From a bacterium (lineage in GTDB: Bacteria > Electryoneota > Electryoneia > Electryoneales > Electryoneaceae): 64,000 nucleotides of DNA. Of the stretch, positions 1 to 9,895 are shown piece after piece (positions within the stretch are counted from its first letter, which is position 1; every line of letters begins with the position of its first letter). The notes under the pieces were generated by a model. The model did not search any database and was not told the origin of the DNA. It worked only from the letters and a program-made list of their open reading frames with translations. The translations under genes and the position numbers were made by a program. The DNA lies in contig OY769902.1 in NCBI GenBank assembly GCA_963669175.1, positions 4,736,001 through 4,800,000 on the forward strand, written 5' to 3'.

Positions 1-1022
1 AACCCGGTGCCATACCCAAGCCTGGTGCGTTGCCATCCGATTGCAGGATCACCTACGGCTCCAATATCATGGAAGCCAACAACTTCCAGATCAAAGCGAT
101 CTGCCGGCGTGGGAAATCCAGACCAGATAGAATGAACCAGGTCTATTGGCCAGGAAACATTTTGAAACATCACCCAATGGAGTTGTAAACGACCAGCAAG
201 CTGACGTCTTCCCCAATCTCGTTGATCCGCCTGGCCACGTAGTGTCGATTCTCCGCCAAGAAACAGTTGAACCGGCTCGGGCGACTCGAGCTGAAATCCG
301 GACTGAACCCGACCGTATACTCGAAAATGCGATAGAAACGGCGTAACACCGGCTAGACTGAGATCGCCATGAATATCGGTTCGTGCCCGGTCCAATTGTT
401 CTCCATAGGCCGTTCCGAAATACAGACCGCCTTTCAGAATCCATCCTTTCACAGGACGTAGAGAACTGGTCGTGATATAGCGGGTCTGGAAACCACCCAG
501 CGCATAACCGCCCTGGCCGAAACGCCCCGGCAACACAGGCAGAGGATCATCTTCCGGCGAACGTACATCATTTACCCAGGTATGGTTCATTTTAACTGCT
601 GGACCAACCTGGAGCGCAGATTCTTCCCTGATCGGTTTCAGGTAAGCAAGGTTCAACAGCACTCGTCCCATATAGGCGCGTGCATATTCTTCCGGATCGC
701 TGCCCTCGGTGTACAGTTTGCGCAAGACATATCGAAGCGCTATATCGCTGGTAAGAATACCATTTCCAAAGCCTTGTTCGCCATTAGTTTTCAGGACATA
801 CCGGCCTGCAGTCGCATAATAGCCTGTCAGGTACAACGTGGAACCTTCACCACGTGAAAAACCTGACATTATCCCCATAACGACTTGTTCATCGGTGCTG
901 TACCCAAGTACCGGCAATGCCAGCACACCAATATCGCCAGCCGCATTTCCCTGCACGGGAACGCTGCAAAACAGGCATACCGCGACCAGGAAAGCGCTGA
1001 TTAGACCAGTATTACGCTTCAT
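1..1022 (-). CDS. Omp85/BamA-TamA family outer-membrane beta-barrel protein, no POTRA domains, 3' end outside window
   Basis: Not in ORF track; hand translation from ATG at 1022 (MKRNTGLISAFLVAVCLFCSVPVQG, signal peptide) stays open to base 1 and contains PVLGYSTDEQ, LGGESTLRG, FHDIGAV and GYGTG, matching Omp85 barrel motifs. Confidence 0.75.
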   Translation of the reverse strand, partial: MKRNTGLISAFLVAVCLFCSVPVQGNAAGDIGVLALPVLGYSTDEQVVMGIMSGFSRGEGSTLYLTGYYATAGRYVLKTNGEQGFGNGILTSDIALRYVLRKLYTEGSDPEEYARAYMGRVLLNLAYLKPIREESALQVGPAVKMNHTWVNDVRSPEDDPLPVLPGRFGQGGYALGGFQTRYITTSSLRPVKGWILKGGLYFGTAYGEQLDRARTDIHGDLSLAGVTPFLSHFRVYGRVQSGFQLESPEPVQLFLGGESTLRGQADQRDWGRRQLAGRLQLHWVMFQNVSWPIDLVHSIWSGFPTPADRFDLEVVGFHDIGAVGDPAIGWQRTRLGYGTG

Positions 1023-1064
1023 GAAAGGAAATATTTCCGGTTGTCTTCAAATCTGTTTTACAAA

Positions 1065-4000
1065 CTACTTGATGAAATGAACTTTACGCAGATCCTGATG
1101 ACCATGTCCATCTTCAATCCGCAGAAAATACATTCCCGATGGCCCCCTGGCTTCCCAGTTCAGGCGATGAAAACCAGCAGCCAGAGAACCAGGACGCAAA
1201 ACATCCACCCTTCGACCAAGAGCGTCAAAGATTGTCACGGTTACATTGCTGGTTTCAGGCAAACCAACCACGACAGACAGTACAGGGTTGAATGGATTGG
1301 GATAGACTGCCGCAATCTCAAACTTTTCCGGCACACCGGAGAAGGGTTTGTCTTCCACATCCAGGGGCGGGATCAGGGTGAACTCAAAAGGAGACACACA
1401 TTGTACAAAATGCTGCTCTGAAACTGCACCCACCCACCACATGACATCAAGATCGTAAACCCAATCAGGCAGGTAATTCAATGAATCAGGCAGGTTTACG
1501 ACAATAGAAGTATCTTCAAGTCCTGCATAAGTAATCAGGGTATCCGCAGCGTCATCACGCGAGACAAGCAGGAACAGGTTGTAGGTAACCTCATCACCCG
1601 GATCAGGATCAACTGAACGCTGCCACACCAGGTTTATTTCCCAGGGATCTGTCAGATGAATAATTGAATTGGGCGCAGGTTGATAAAGGATAAACTCACC
1701 TGGCTCCTCTTCCATTGATGTAAAGAACGACCAACTTTGCGTGGAAAGCACTTCGTTACCAGTCTGATCTTCCGCAATCACGCGCCACCAGTACTGCATA
1801 TCGTCATCGAGATAATTGACAGAATAGAAGGGCTGGCTACCTGCTTCTTCTCGAACGGGGCTGGTAAACTCGCTGTCTTCCGCCAACTCAAGCGTGTATT
1901 CGACCACATCATCAGGATCAGGATCAATACTTGGCGCCCAGACAAACATCATATCCAGTGAACCTGACACCGCGCTGTCAGAGGGCGCTATCAGGTTGAA
2001 CGCAGCGGGCGGAGTACTATAAGACACTGCGAAGAACCATCCGGCTTCCGGTGTTGCCCACAAGCTTCCGGCCTGTTCAGAATAAGCTCGAACACGCCAG
2101 TAGACAACATCGCCACTTTCAAATCCTTCACCGGTGAATGTGTAGGACGTATCTGTCAAGCCGGCGACCGAATCAGGATCAGTAAAGGTTGGATCACCGA
2201 TGCCGTAGTATAAAACATACGAGACCGGATCATTCTGAAACGCGCTGGCAGTCTGGCCCCACACCAGCGTTGGCAGTGTATCGCCAGATGCGAGCCCGGA
2301 ATCAGGAGATAGCAATGCAAATGGGACCAGGCCATCTGTTACGGTCAGCAGGAAAGAAAGCGTGTCTGTTGCCATACGAATATTGTCATGGCTATCAATC
2401 GCCTCGACTGTCCAGAATAATGTCTCATCTTCCGCGCTGTCGTAGGTATATGTCGCTCCCGACAACCCTGTGGTCACAGGATCGCCAAGATCATCTGCCT
2501 GGTTCGACACAAAAACGCTGTACCAGATCTCATCCAGGGGATCAGGATCCACCGAAGCATCCCAGGTCAACACCACCTGTGTATCATGCTGAACAAGATG
2601 ACCGGATGGGGAGAGAAGAGTAAATTCCGCGGGAGTTGATATAATTTCCAGTGCGACTTCAGCCTCTTCGCCACTGCCGAATGTGCCGTCACCAGCAGAA
2701 TAGGTCGGATCGCCATAGGACAGGTAATTGCCTGACTGACGATACACCCGGTAAATGATGTTGTTACCTACAGTAAAACCGGGCCTTCCGACGTCGGGAT
2801 TATTCTGCCAGGCAGCCACACGTCTCGGCCAGTTTTGTTCCATGGGCGCGACAACAGCCCCAACACAGGTTCCACCATCGTATATCCCGATTTCATCGCC
2901 AGCCGAAAGGAATTCTCCGTCGATTCGTACAGAATCAATGGTGATTTCATAAGCGATTCCACTCGGGGCCAATGGCGTAAAATAGTTGGTTCCGGGGCTG
3001 CTCCAGTTTGCTGGCGCCGGGCCAAGGGCCGGAGATTCGCCTTCCGTATAATAAGCCGTCACTGTGTACGAGTTATTTCCGTAATCCAGGAGCTGGTCAT
3101 CATATGTCGTCTCGGTTGTACTCCCGATCAGGGTCAGATTACGATACACACGGTATTCTTCCAGCGTGCCGCTTTGCCCCGATACAGCAGTCCAGCCTAC
3201 AGTTACTGCGCCTGTGACATTGTCCATGAAACAACTGATGTTGGTCGGCGCTTCAAGGTCAGGCGCATCATCCGAAAGCCCGGTGATTACCAGGCTGAAA
3301 AATTGTGGGCCATCTGAAATTGCACCTTCATGATTTATCCGGACACGGTATTCACCAGCAACCGGGTTTTCTATGACAATCTTTTCCACATTGTCGATAT
3401 CGTTGTCACCCACAGTCGCTGCGTCTTCCGGATTTTCCGGATCCAGCACATAAGGCAGGAAGATAGAATCCGCCTCAATTCCCTCTATAGACAAGTCCAG
3501 ATCATTCACCAGGATAACATTGTCAGGATCAAGGCTTGGCGGGAAAGGCACCGAACCTTCGGGGTCGGTCCATACCAGGGTCACGGTAATCGGTTCGTTT
3601 CCCTGAGAATAGTATGTAAACTCTCCATCGCCACCATTGACAATGAAGGATTCCTGAATGGTGTAAGCTATTGTTTCATCCTGTGCAATCAGGTCGGCTG
3701 CCTTCTCCGTATTCATCAATCCCCAGCCGAACATATAGTCCGGTCCATCATCAGGACCGCATTCGTCAGCCGTATGAATCAGGATGGCTTTCATTGTCGA
3801 TGCCAGCGGTTCAGTATCGTTGTGCAGCTCCTCGTACATGCCAATCAGCAGGTTCACAGACCCGGACAGGTTCGGTGTGGACATGGAAGTACCGCTTTTG
3901 GCTACGTAGTCCGCATCACCACTGGATGAAGAGGAGGTGAGTTGAATGCCGTTAGCGCAGATATCCGGTTTGATACGTCCGTCATCTGTCGGTCCCCAGC

Positions 4001-5009
4001 CAGAGAAATCCGCCATTACGACTCCGTCAGCATTCTGATACCCATTCGTCAGGTCGCCAACAGCGCCTACGGTAATAATATTCTTCGCGTTCCCGGTCCA
4101 GCCGATGCAGTCATACCCATCATCACCGCCATCGGGATCACGTGTGGTTGTGCTCAATGTCCAGCCGCCGTTATCCCACACATAGTGTTCGCCACCATCT
4201 CCCGGGCCTGTATCGTTTCTGTCATTTCCCGCTGATTTACAGATTACGTAGTTCGGCGCTTCGCAGACGATCTGGTCATAAATCCGCGCCTCGCTGCCAT
4301 AATAACCGAAACCGTAGTCCTCCGTCTGGGAGACACTGGGATCACCATACCAGTACCAGTCGTCGCCATCGAAATACCAGCCGGTTACCAGGCCGTACGA
4401 GTGGTTTGAGACCTGCAATCCTGCTGCCGCGGCGTCGGCCATCTCATCAGCATCATTGTTCCATTCATAGCAGGACAATTCCGCCTCGTAGCTCCCCCCC
4501 TTCGCATCATTACTGATGCCTGCCGCGATCATGGTCCCCGCCACATGAGTGGAGTGATCTGAATAGGAACCGGGATTATCTATCTGGGTTGCACGATTTT
4601 CGAATTCCTGGTGCGTAGTGCGTACTCCGCCGCCATCCCACACCGCAAGCTCGGAGCTGCTGGTTCCATCGCCGGTGAGATCGTACCCTGCATCGCCTCC
4701 GGGCCAGACATTATCCGTACTGATAGTTCGTGCGGCATTCAGGTTGTGCGTATGGAAATAACGTGGCATGCCGGATTCATCCACATACATCAGTTCGATA
4801 TCTGGAAGCAGATTCAATCGACCCGCAGGCCCGGTTGAAAGCGCCTTCAACTGCTGGTATACAGGGCCACGCAACCCTTGCAATCTCAAGCGATATTCAT
4901 CACTTAGCCTGTGCAGACGCTGTTGCTGCTGAAGCGTTTGACCAAAACTTGCACTGGAGAGTAAAAACAGGAATACGACTGCGAGCGCCGAGCGAATGGG
5001 ATATTTCAT
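1065..5009 (-). CDS. S8 subtilisin-like serine peptidase with FN3/Ig-like repeats and T9SS-type C-terminal domain
   Basis: Signal peptide; catalytic motifs VWDGG, HSTHVAGT, GTSMSTP; oxyanion SAGN; C-terminal YPNPFNP...SGMYFLR. Confidence 0.93.
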   Translation of the reverse strand: MKYPIRSALAVVFLFLLSSASFGQTLQQQQRLHRLSDEYRLRLQGLRGPVYQQLKALSTGPAGRLNLLPDIELMYVDESGMPRYFHTHNLNAARTISTDNVWPGGDAGYDLTGDGTSSSELAVWDGGGVRTTHQEFENRATQIDNPGSYSDHSTHVAGTMIAAGISNDAKGGSYEAELSCYEWNNDADEMADAAAAGLQVSNHSYGLVTGWYFDGDDWYWYGDPSVSQTEDYGFGYYGSEARIYDQIVCEAPNYVICKSAGNDRNDTGPGDGGEHYVWDNGGWTLSTTTRDPDGGDDGYDCIGWTGNAKNIITVGAVGDLTNGYQNADGVVMADFSGWGPTDDGRIKPDICANGIQLTSSSSSGDADYVAKSGTSMSTPNLSGSVNLLIGMYEELHNDTEPLASTMKAILIHTADECGPDDGPDYMFGWGLMNTEKAADLIAQDETIAYTIQESFIVNGGDGEFTYYSQGNEPITVTLVWTDPEGSVPFPPSLDPDNVILVNDLDLSIEGIEADSIFLPYVLDPENPEDAATVGDNDIDNVEKIVIENPVAGEYRVRINHEGAISDGPQFFSLVITGLSDDAPDLEAPTNISCFMDNVTGAVTVGWTAVSGQSGTLEEYRVYRNLTLIGSTTETTYDDQLLDYGNNSYTVTAYYTEGESPALGPAPANWSSPGTNYFTPLAPSGIAYEITIDSVRIDGEFLSAGDEIGIYDGGTCVGAVVAPMEQNWPRRVAAWQNNPDVGRPGFTVGNNIIYRVYRQSGNYLSYGDPTYSAGDGTFGSGEEAEVALEIISTPAEFTLLSPSGHLVQHDTQVVLTWDASVDPDPLDEIWYSVFVSNQADDLGDPVTTGLSGATYTYDSAEDETLFWTVEAIDSHDNIRMATDTLSFLLTVTDGLVPFALLSPDSGLASGDTLPTLVWGQTASAFQNDPVSYVLYYGIGDPTFTDPDSVAGLTDTSYTFTGEGFESGDVVYWRVRAYSEQAGSLWATPEAGWFFAVSYSTPPAAFNLIAPSDSAVSGSLDMMFVWAPSIDPDPDDVVEYTLELAEDSEFTSPVREEAGSQPFYSVNYLDDDMQYWWRVIAEDQTGNEVLSTQSWSFFTSMEEEPGEFILYQPAPNSIIHLTDPWEINLVWQRSVDPDPGDEVTYNLFLLVSRDDAADTLITYAGLEDTSIVVNLPDSLNYLPDWVYDLDVMWWVGAVSEQHFVQCVSPFEFTLIPPLDVEDKPFSGVPEKFEIAAVYPNPFNPVLSVVVGLPETSNVTVTIFDALGRRVDVLRPGSLAAGFHRLNWEARGPSGMYFLRIEDGHGHQDLRKVHFIK

Positions 5010-5116
5010 GGCATCACCTTCTGTTGCATCACAAGTTTAGTAATGTAGCTTAAAACACTACACTTATACAATGGTCAGCAAGCATTGGGTGCAAAATGGC
5101 AGCAATACAGGGGAAT

Positions 5117-5142
5117 CGGGTGACCGCTTTCACGGCCACCCG
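5117..5142 (-). terminator. Hairpin downstream of the T9SS gene remnant, near-copy of the hairpin at 10359-10386
   Basis: cgggtgaccgctttcacggccacccg stem-loop; no clear U tract. Confidence 0.45.
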
Positions 5143-5250
5143 TTGGATTTGTGTGAATAGTATATGACCCTGATCAAGCAAACCAGTGGATAAATTCACG
5201 TGATCGATCAACTGGCTCTTGTGAACATGATACAATCCCTATAACATCAT

Positions 5251-5322
5251 CACTTTCTTTGCCTTTTCTACTTTTTATCCCATTTTCTTAGCTTTTTTAC
5301 CTTCTTTACCTTTTTCACCTTC
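5251..5322. repeat. Degenerate 9-bp tandem repeat (ttttt(c/t)acc type)
   Basis: About 8 imperfect units immediately after the stop at 5323. Confidence 0.7.
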
Positions 5323-6332
5323 CTACTTCACCATAACCATCCGCTTCATCTCGGTGAATGAACCTGCCTCGATCCGGTAGAAATACATCCCGCTGGCAAG
5401 TTGACTGGCATCGAATGTCACACTATGCGTACCCGCCTGCATCGGACGATCCACCAGCTTAGCCACTTCCTGCCCCATGATGTTGTACACCGACAGTTTC
5501 ACCGTCTCCGGACGCACCAGGTCAAAGCTCAGAGTCGTGGTTGGGTTGAACGGGTTGGGGTAGTGTTTGAAGCAAGGCAAAAAAGAGAAGGGTAAAAATT
5601 TCAGAAAATCCAGGGGATGATGGTGACTATTTTCAACAAAAGCTAATACAATATGTTACAAGGACAAAAACTACCGTCTGTCCCTAGTTTCTCTAGATTA
5701 TTCTCATCGCCCAGATCAGGTGCCTGATCTGCACTCAGAATTCCTGATTGACAGTTATAAATCTCGCAATCTCGGACATCAAATGTGTTATGATGCGGCT
5801 GGTGCCCGATTTCGATGGCAGCCGTCGCGCTGCTGTGGAATACACAGGTATCAACTGAGATATCTGCATAGCCGCCAGCATGCAGCATTCCCCAATCATC
5901 CTGTGCGACTGGATCTGTTGTCGCACCACCGCCATATTCAAATAGGCAATGGCTGAAAGTGCCAGTTGCGGTATCATCATTCGCAGCGGTATTTCCTATT
6001 CTTACCATTCCCCACGCACCTGCCGAAGGAGTTTCTTCATTGCTGGTGAAAGTAATCCAGTTTTCGCTATTACCGATTGCAGTTAATGTGGCAATGCTGT
6101 CAACGATAAGTGAGTTATCCTCAGCGAACTTGACAGTTGTGCCCGCTTGGATGGTTAAGGTTCCTGAAGTCAAATGCACTACGTCATTGGCGTTGTTGAT
6201 GATCCAGGTTCGGTTGTTACCCCAAGTCGCTGGGCCGCTGAAATCATTGCTAACCAAGCTGTCGGGTTGGGCGAACGCAATGGCATTGACCGTGAAGAGC
6301 ACGATCAACAGGAGGAAGGTTTTCCTCAACAT
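5323..6332 (-). pseudogene. Internally deleted secreted beta-helix T9SS protein: N-terminal fragment 5643-6332 plus orphan C-terminal domain 5323-5580
   Basis: RBS ggag and signal peptide, LTIQAGTTVKF..ITFTS..GAWG beta-helix-associated start; plausible protein sequence ends at a GGGACAGAC site near 5680; about 100 bp later an intact YPNPFNPTT...KRMVMVK tail with no credible start. Confidence 0.8.
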
Positions 6333-6354
6333 AATAAACTCCTATCTTCTTGTA

Positions 6355-6426
6355 GATCAACACTTCGGTGTTGATCGGTTTGGACACCGTGCGGGACTGG
6401 TTGGCGAACTGGGAACCGCGCGGTGT
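6355..6426 (-). promoter_or_regulatory. Conserved two-hairpin intergenic element, copy 1
   Basis: Stems ACACCG../CGGTGT and GATCAACAC/GTGTTGATC; same architecture at 29112-29178. Confidence 0.6.
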
Positions 6427-6433
6427 TTATTCG

Positions 6434-9400
6434 TTACTTGATCAGCAAGACTCGTGTAGTTCTGACTTCCTTTTCTGTTTCGAGTTGGATAAAATAGACA
6501 CCCGAGGCAAGCCCCGAGGCATTGTACGATTTCCGATGAATACCAGGTTGAAGTTGTGGCCAATCTATTGCGAACACGGGTTGTCCGAGGATGTTGAATA
6601 GCGTAAGCTGTACTCTGGCTTGATGCGGAAGGGCGAATACTACCGTCTGCGTCGAGTTGAAGGGATTCGGGTACACGCAATGTATCTCGAAAATGGATGG
6701 GATGACTGCCTCGTTCTCTCTAACAGTCAAAGGGTAGGTATAGGATAGCCCATACGGCCCGCCCCACAGGCCGATGTCGTTGCGAGTGCTGTCACAATCG
6801 AAATAGACGCTATCAGGGTGTCCGGCATTGATCAGCGGTGATTCATCAGTGAGGCGATAGTGAATAGTATCCTCAAGCAAAGGACTTATTGTGATGTTCA
6901 GGATATTCCAGGGGATATTGATGTTGTTCGTGTCATTTTCACAAAAACAATTGTATTGATACAAGATCGGTGTATCATCAACAGCTCTGTTGAAAATTGC
7001 GATTGAGTCATGCATGAATAGATTGCTAAAAAACTGCACACTGTTCTCGCCTTCGGATGATCCGAATATGTCCACTCCACATTCGAAACCTGTAAAGACA
7101 TTATTTGCAAAAAGAACTTCCAGGTCAGGGGTGATCCATACTCCATCTGCTTCTCCCCAGTCGTGATTTTCGAAAAGATTATTAGCTACATAGCCTGAAG
7201 AAGAGTTTGTAAAACACATACCAAGTGGAACATTGAAAAACCTGTTTCGAAAAACCTCTCCATGGCTTGACTCGTCAAATCGTATCCCCTCGCAATTAAA
7301 GAATTCGTTGCCTTGAATCAGCGCGGTAGAATTCAGGACACATCGGATGGCCGAAGGAGCGGGAGAACTTTCATATTGGTTCCAGAAAACGGAATTGGTG
7401 ATTTCAATATCTGATGCGTTCAGGAAAACATACATTATGAACTCAGGAACCTGCGAAACGAACAGGCAGGAGTCAATCTGGACTTGTGAAGAACTGAGCA
7501 GGTAAACGCTCATGTAATTGTCAAATAATCTTGTATACTTCAGGTTCAATATACTGGCTGAATCAAGTTCGACAGCTATTCCAGCTTTCTCGATGACTGA
7601 ATAACTTATTCTGCTCATCAATTGGCTATCAAGAAGAGCAATTCCCTTCCACAGGGAGTGGTTACTTTCTTCAAGCTCACTAGTGAAGCGAATCGAGTCC
7701 TCGACTGTCCCTTCGGCAATTAACTGTCCATACACATCAATTCCAATTTGGTATTCTTCATCTTCCACATACCTGAACTGCAATTCACATCCCGGTTCGA
7801 TGATCAGGCTGTCGCCTTCGGAGACAATGATATCCTCCACCACGTAGAACGGGCTGTCTTCTACATGAAGAATCCCGGTGATCTCACCGGACAGCAGGGT
7901 TCGCAGGTCGGTGTTGACAAATACTTCAGCCGTATCCGTCTGCCCCAGGCCGTCCTGCACAATCACCCTGAAGGTGAAGTCACGGGTGGAGTCCGGTACA
8001 GTCCCGGACACAATCGTCGTATCCCCCACCCAGTCCAGTTCGTCTTCTTCACTCAACCATTCGGGCAGGTCCGTGAAGCTGAAGGCAAGGGGACCGTTGT
8101 CATCCGTTGCGGTCACGATGATACTCACAGGCTGGCCGACCTGCGCCTGCACCTGGCTGGGCACAGTCACTACCGGGGGATTGTCCAGGGACTGGTCATA
8201 GTAGTAACACCCGATATCGGCAGGAGTGCCGTCGGGATCGTCAGGGCTGTCCGGATCACCGGCGTCGATGCACGGACTGTTGGCTTGCAACGTGTAGTCA
8301 AACGGTTCACCGCCGGCAAAAATAGGATTGGTCAGCAGGTTGGTGTCATCCAAGTCCAGACCATCCGCCACTTCCGATACGGCATAGATGCAATTGTAGC
8401 TGATCTCGAGGGGAACCGGGTTGGATATGAACACGATTCCGGTGCAGTTGACATCATCGCCAAGTAGAATATTCTCAACTATTTCACCCTCATTATCCGA
8501 CAGGTTCCGCAGCTCGAGTCCCGTATCACGGAAATAGACTGTATTGCCCTCAATCCGGCTGACCGGGGAAGTGTGTACCACGATCCCGGTTTGAAAGTTG
8601 ATGATCAGGTTGTCAATGACATCGACCGGGCCGCATTGGCTGATCTCAATGCCGACACGGTTCTGCCCGATGGCGCCGGTTTCGATGACATGGTTGTTCC
8701 GGATGGTTCCTGTAGCCATCCACATGTCGAGATAGAGAAACGTGCTGTTCTCGATCAGCATATCGGCCCAACCACTCACGGCGAAACAACCGCTTTCATT
8801 GTGATGCCAGTACATCTCACCTGCACTCAAATCAGCCCTGGCGAGATGATTGTATCTGATTTCAACAGCTTCGCCACCGTACCTGGCAAGGTCCACATAC
8901 AGGCTGAAGAACGAATTATTTTCAATGGAAGCGAGATTCTGCCCCGTATTCGGACATAGCCTCACCCAGACATCCGGACCGTCATTGTACCGGAGTACCC
9001 CGTTGTACAAGTGCAAATAAAGCAGTTGGCCCGGAATCAACGGAGCATGCTGGAAGATGTTGTATTCCACCGTATCCATTTGTACGCCAAAACTGGAAAA
9101 GATGACGGCGTTCAGCGCACGGATACGGCTCTGCCGGATCACATTCTCGCCACGGTCGGACTCGATGCCGTTCAGGACGGAATCCATGACACAATAGTTG
9201 AATGCGATACGTGAATCTTCGTATTCGAAGGGTGAGACAAATCCCCGGAAGGCAGCTCCCGCAGTGTGGAAGTATACCGAATCGCCTTCCTCCCCAGCCG
9301 CTTCCAGTGTGCCGAAGACGTACACCGGTGTACGTGTGGAGTCGGTCTGATCCTGAAAAATCACTTCTACTCCCGGTTCAATCAGGAGGGTTTCGCCTTC

Positions 9401-9676
9401 CGGGACGATCAGGGTGTCTGTGACGAGGTAAGGGGAGCCGTCCACATCCCACACGCCGGAGACTTCGCCGGAGACGAATGTTTCAGCGTGAATGGCTTGG
9501 GGAACTACAAGGGGTACAAAGGCCAGGGACAGGAGCAGCAGGAAGAAGCATAGAGCATCCACTTTGAACCATTGCGGGGAAAATGGCGTGTGGCGTTGGT
9601 AAACCGTGTGTCCAGCCTTACGCAACACGACTGCGGGGAGTGTGTCGCGCTGTAAAGGAAAGTTCATAAGTGTCAT
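6434..9676 (-). CDS. Right-handed parallel beta-helix repeat protein with T9SS-type C-terminal domain (paralog 1); exact start uncertain
   Basis: Signal-like segment ending QAIHA-ETFVSG; two beta-helix regions closed by SPCIDAGDP / SPLINAGHP motifs; YPNPFNS tail. Confidence 0.88.
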   Translation of the reverse strand: MTLMNFPLQRDTLPAVVLRKAGHTVYQRHTPFSPQWFKVDALCFFLLLLSLAFVPLVVPQAIHAETFVSGEVSGVWDVDGSPYLVTDTLIVPEGETLLIEPGVEVIFQDQTDSTRTPVYVFGTLEAAGEEGDSVYFHTAGAAFRGFVSPFEYEDSRIAFNYCVMDSVLNGIESDRGENVIRQSRIRALNAVIFSSFGVQMDTVEYNIFQHAPLIPGQLLYLHLYNGVLRYNDGPDVWVRLCPNTGQNLASIENNSFFSLYVDLARYGGEAVEIRYNHLARADLSAGEMYWHHNESGCFAVSGWADMLIENSTFLYLDMWMATGTIRNNHVIETGAIGQNRVGIEISQCGPVDVIDNLIINFQTGIVVHTSPVSRIEGNTVYFRDTGLELRNLSDNEGEIVENILLGDDVNCTGIVFISNPVPLEISYNCIYAVSEVADGLDLDDTNLLTNPIFAGGEPFDYTLQANSPCIDAGDPDSPDDPDGTPADIGCYYYDQSLDNPPVVTVPSQVQAQVGQPVSIIVTATDDNGPLAFSFTDLPEWLSEEDELDWVGDTTIVSGTVPDSTRDFTFRVIVQDGLGQTDTAEVFVNTDLRTLLSGEITGILHVEDSPFYVVEDIIVSEGDSLIIEPGCELQFRYVEDEEYQIGIDVYGQLIAEGTVEDSIRFTSELEESNHSLWKGIALLDSQLMSRISYSVIEKAGIAVELDSASILNLKYTRLFDNYMSVYLLSSSQVQIDSCLFVSQVPEFIMYVFLNASDIEITNSVFWNQYESSPAPSAIRCVLNSTALIQGNEFFNCEGIRFDESSHGEVFRNRFFNVPLGMCFTNSSSGYVANNLFENHDWGEADGVWITPDLEVLFANNVFTGFECGVDIFGSSEGENSVQFFSNLFMHDSIAIFNRAVDDTPILYQYNCFCENDTNNINIPWNILNITISPLLEDTIHYRLTDESPLINAGHPDSVYFDCDSTRNDIGLWGGPYGLSYTYPLTVRENEAVIPSIFEIHCVYPNPFNSTQTVVFALPHQARVQLTLFNILGQPVFAIDWPQLQPGIHRKSYNASGLASGVYFIQLETEKEVRTTRVLLIK

Positions 9677-9895
9677 AGGTACTCCTTTGCGCTACGATGA
9701 AAGAAACATACTACTGCAACAGAATGGATGCAATATGGAGCTATCTCTAAAAAAAAAAATATTTACAACTGGCTCAAAGGGGAAAATAAAAAGTCCGATA
9801 CGAGTCTGATCAGGCTTCTCATCATTCTTAACAAACCTGAGACCTGATCGTAACATTACAAATGTTGAAAAGTTGTTGTCTTTCGATTCAAGTTA

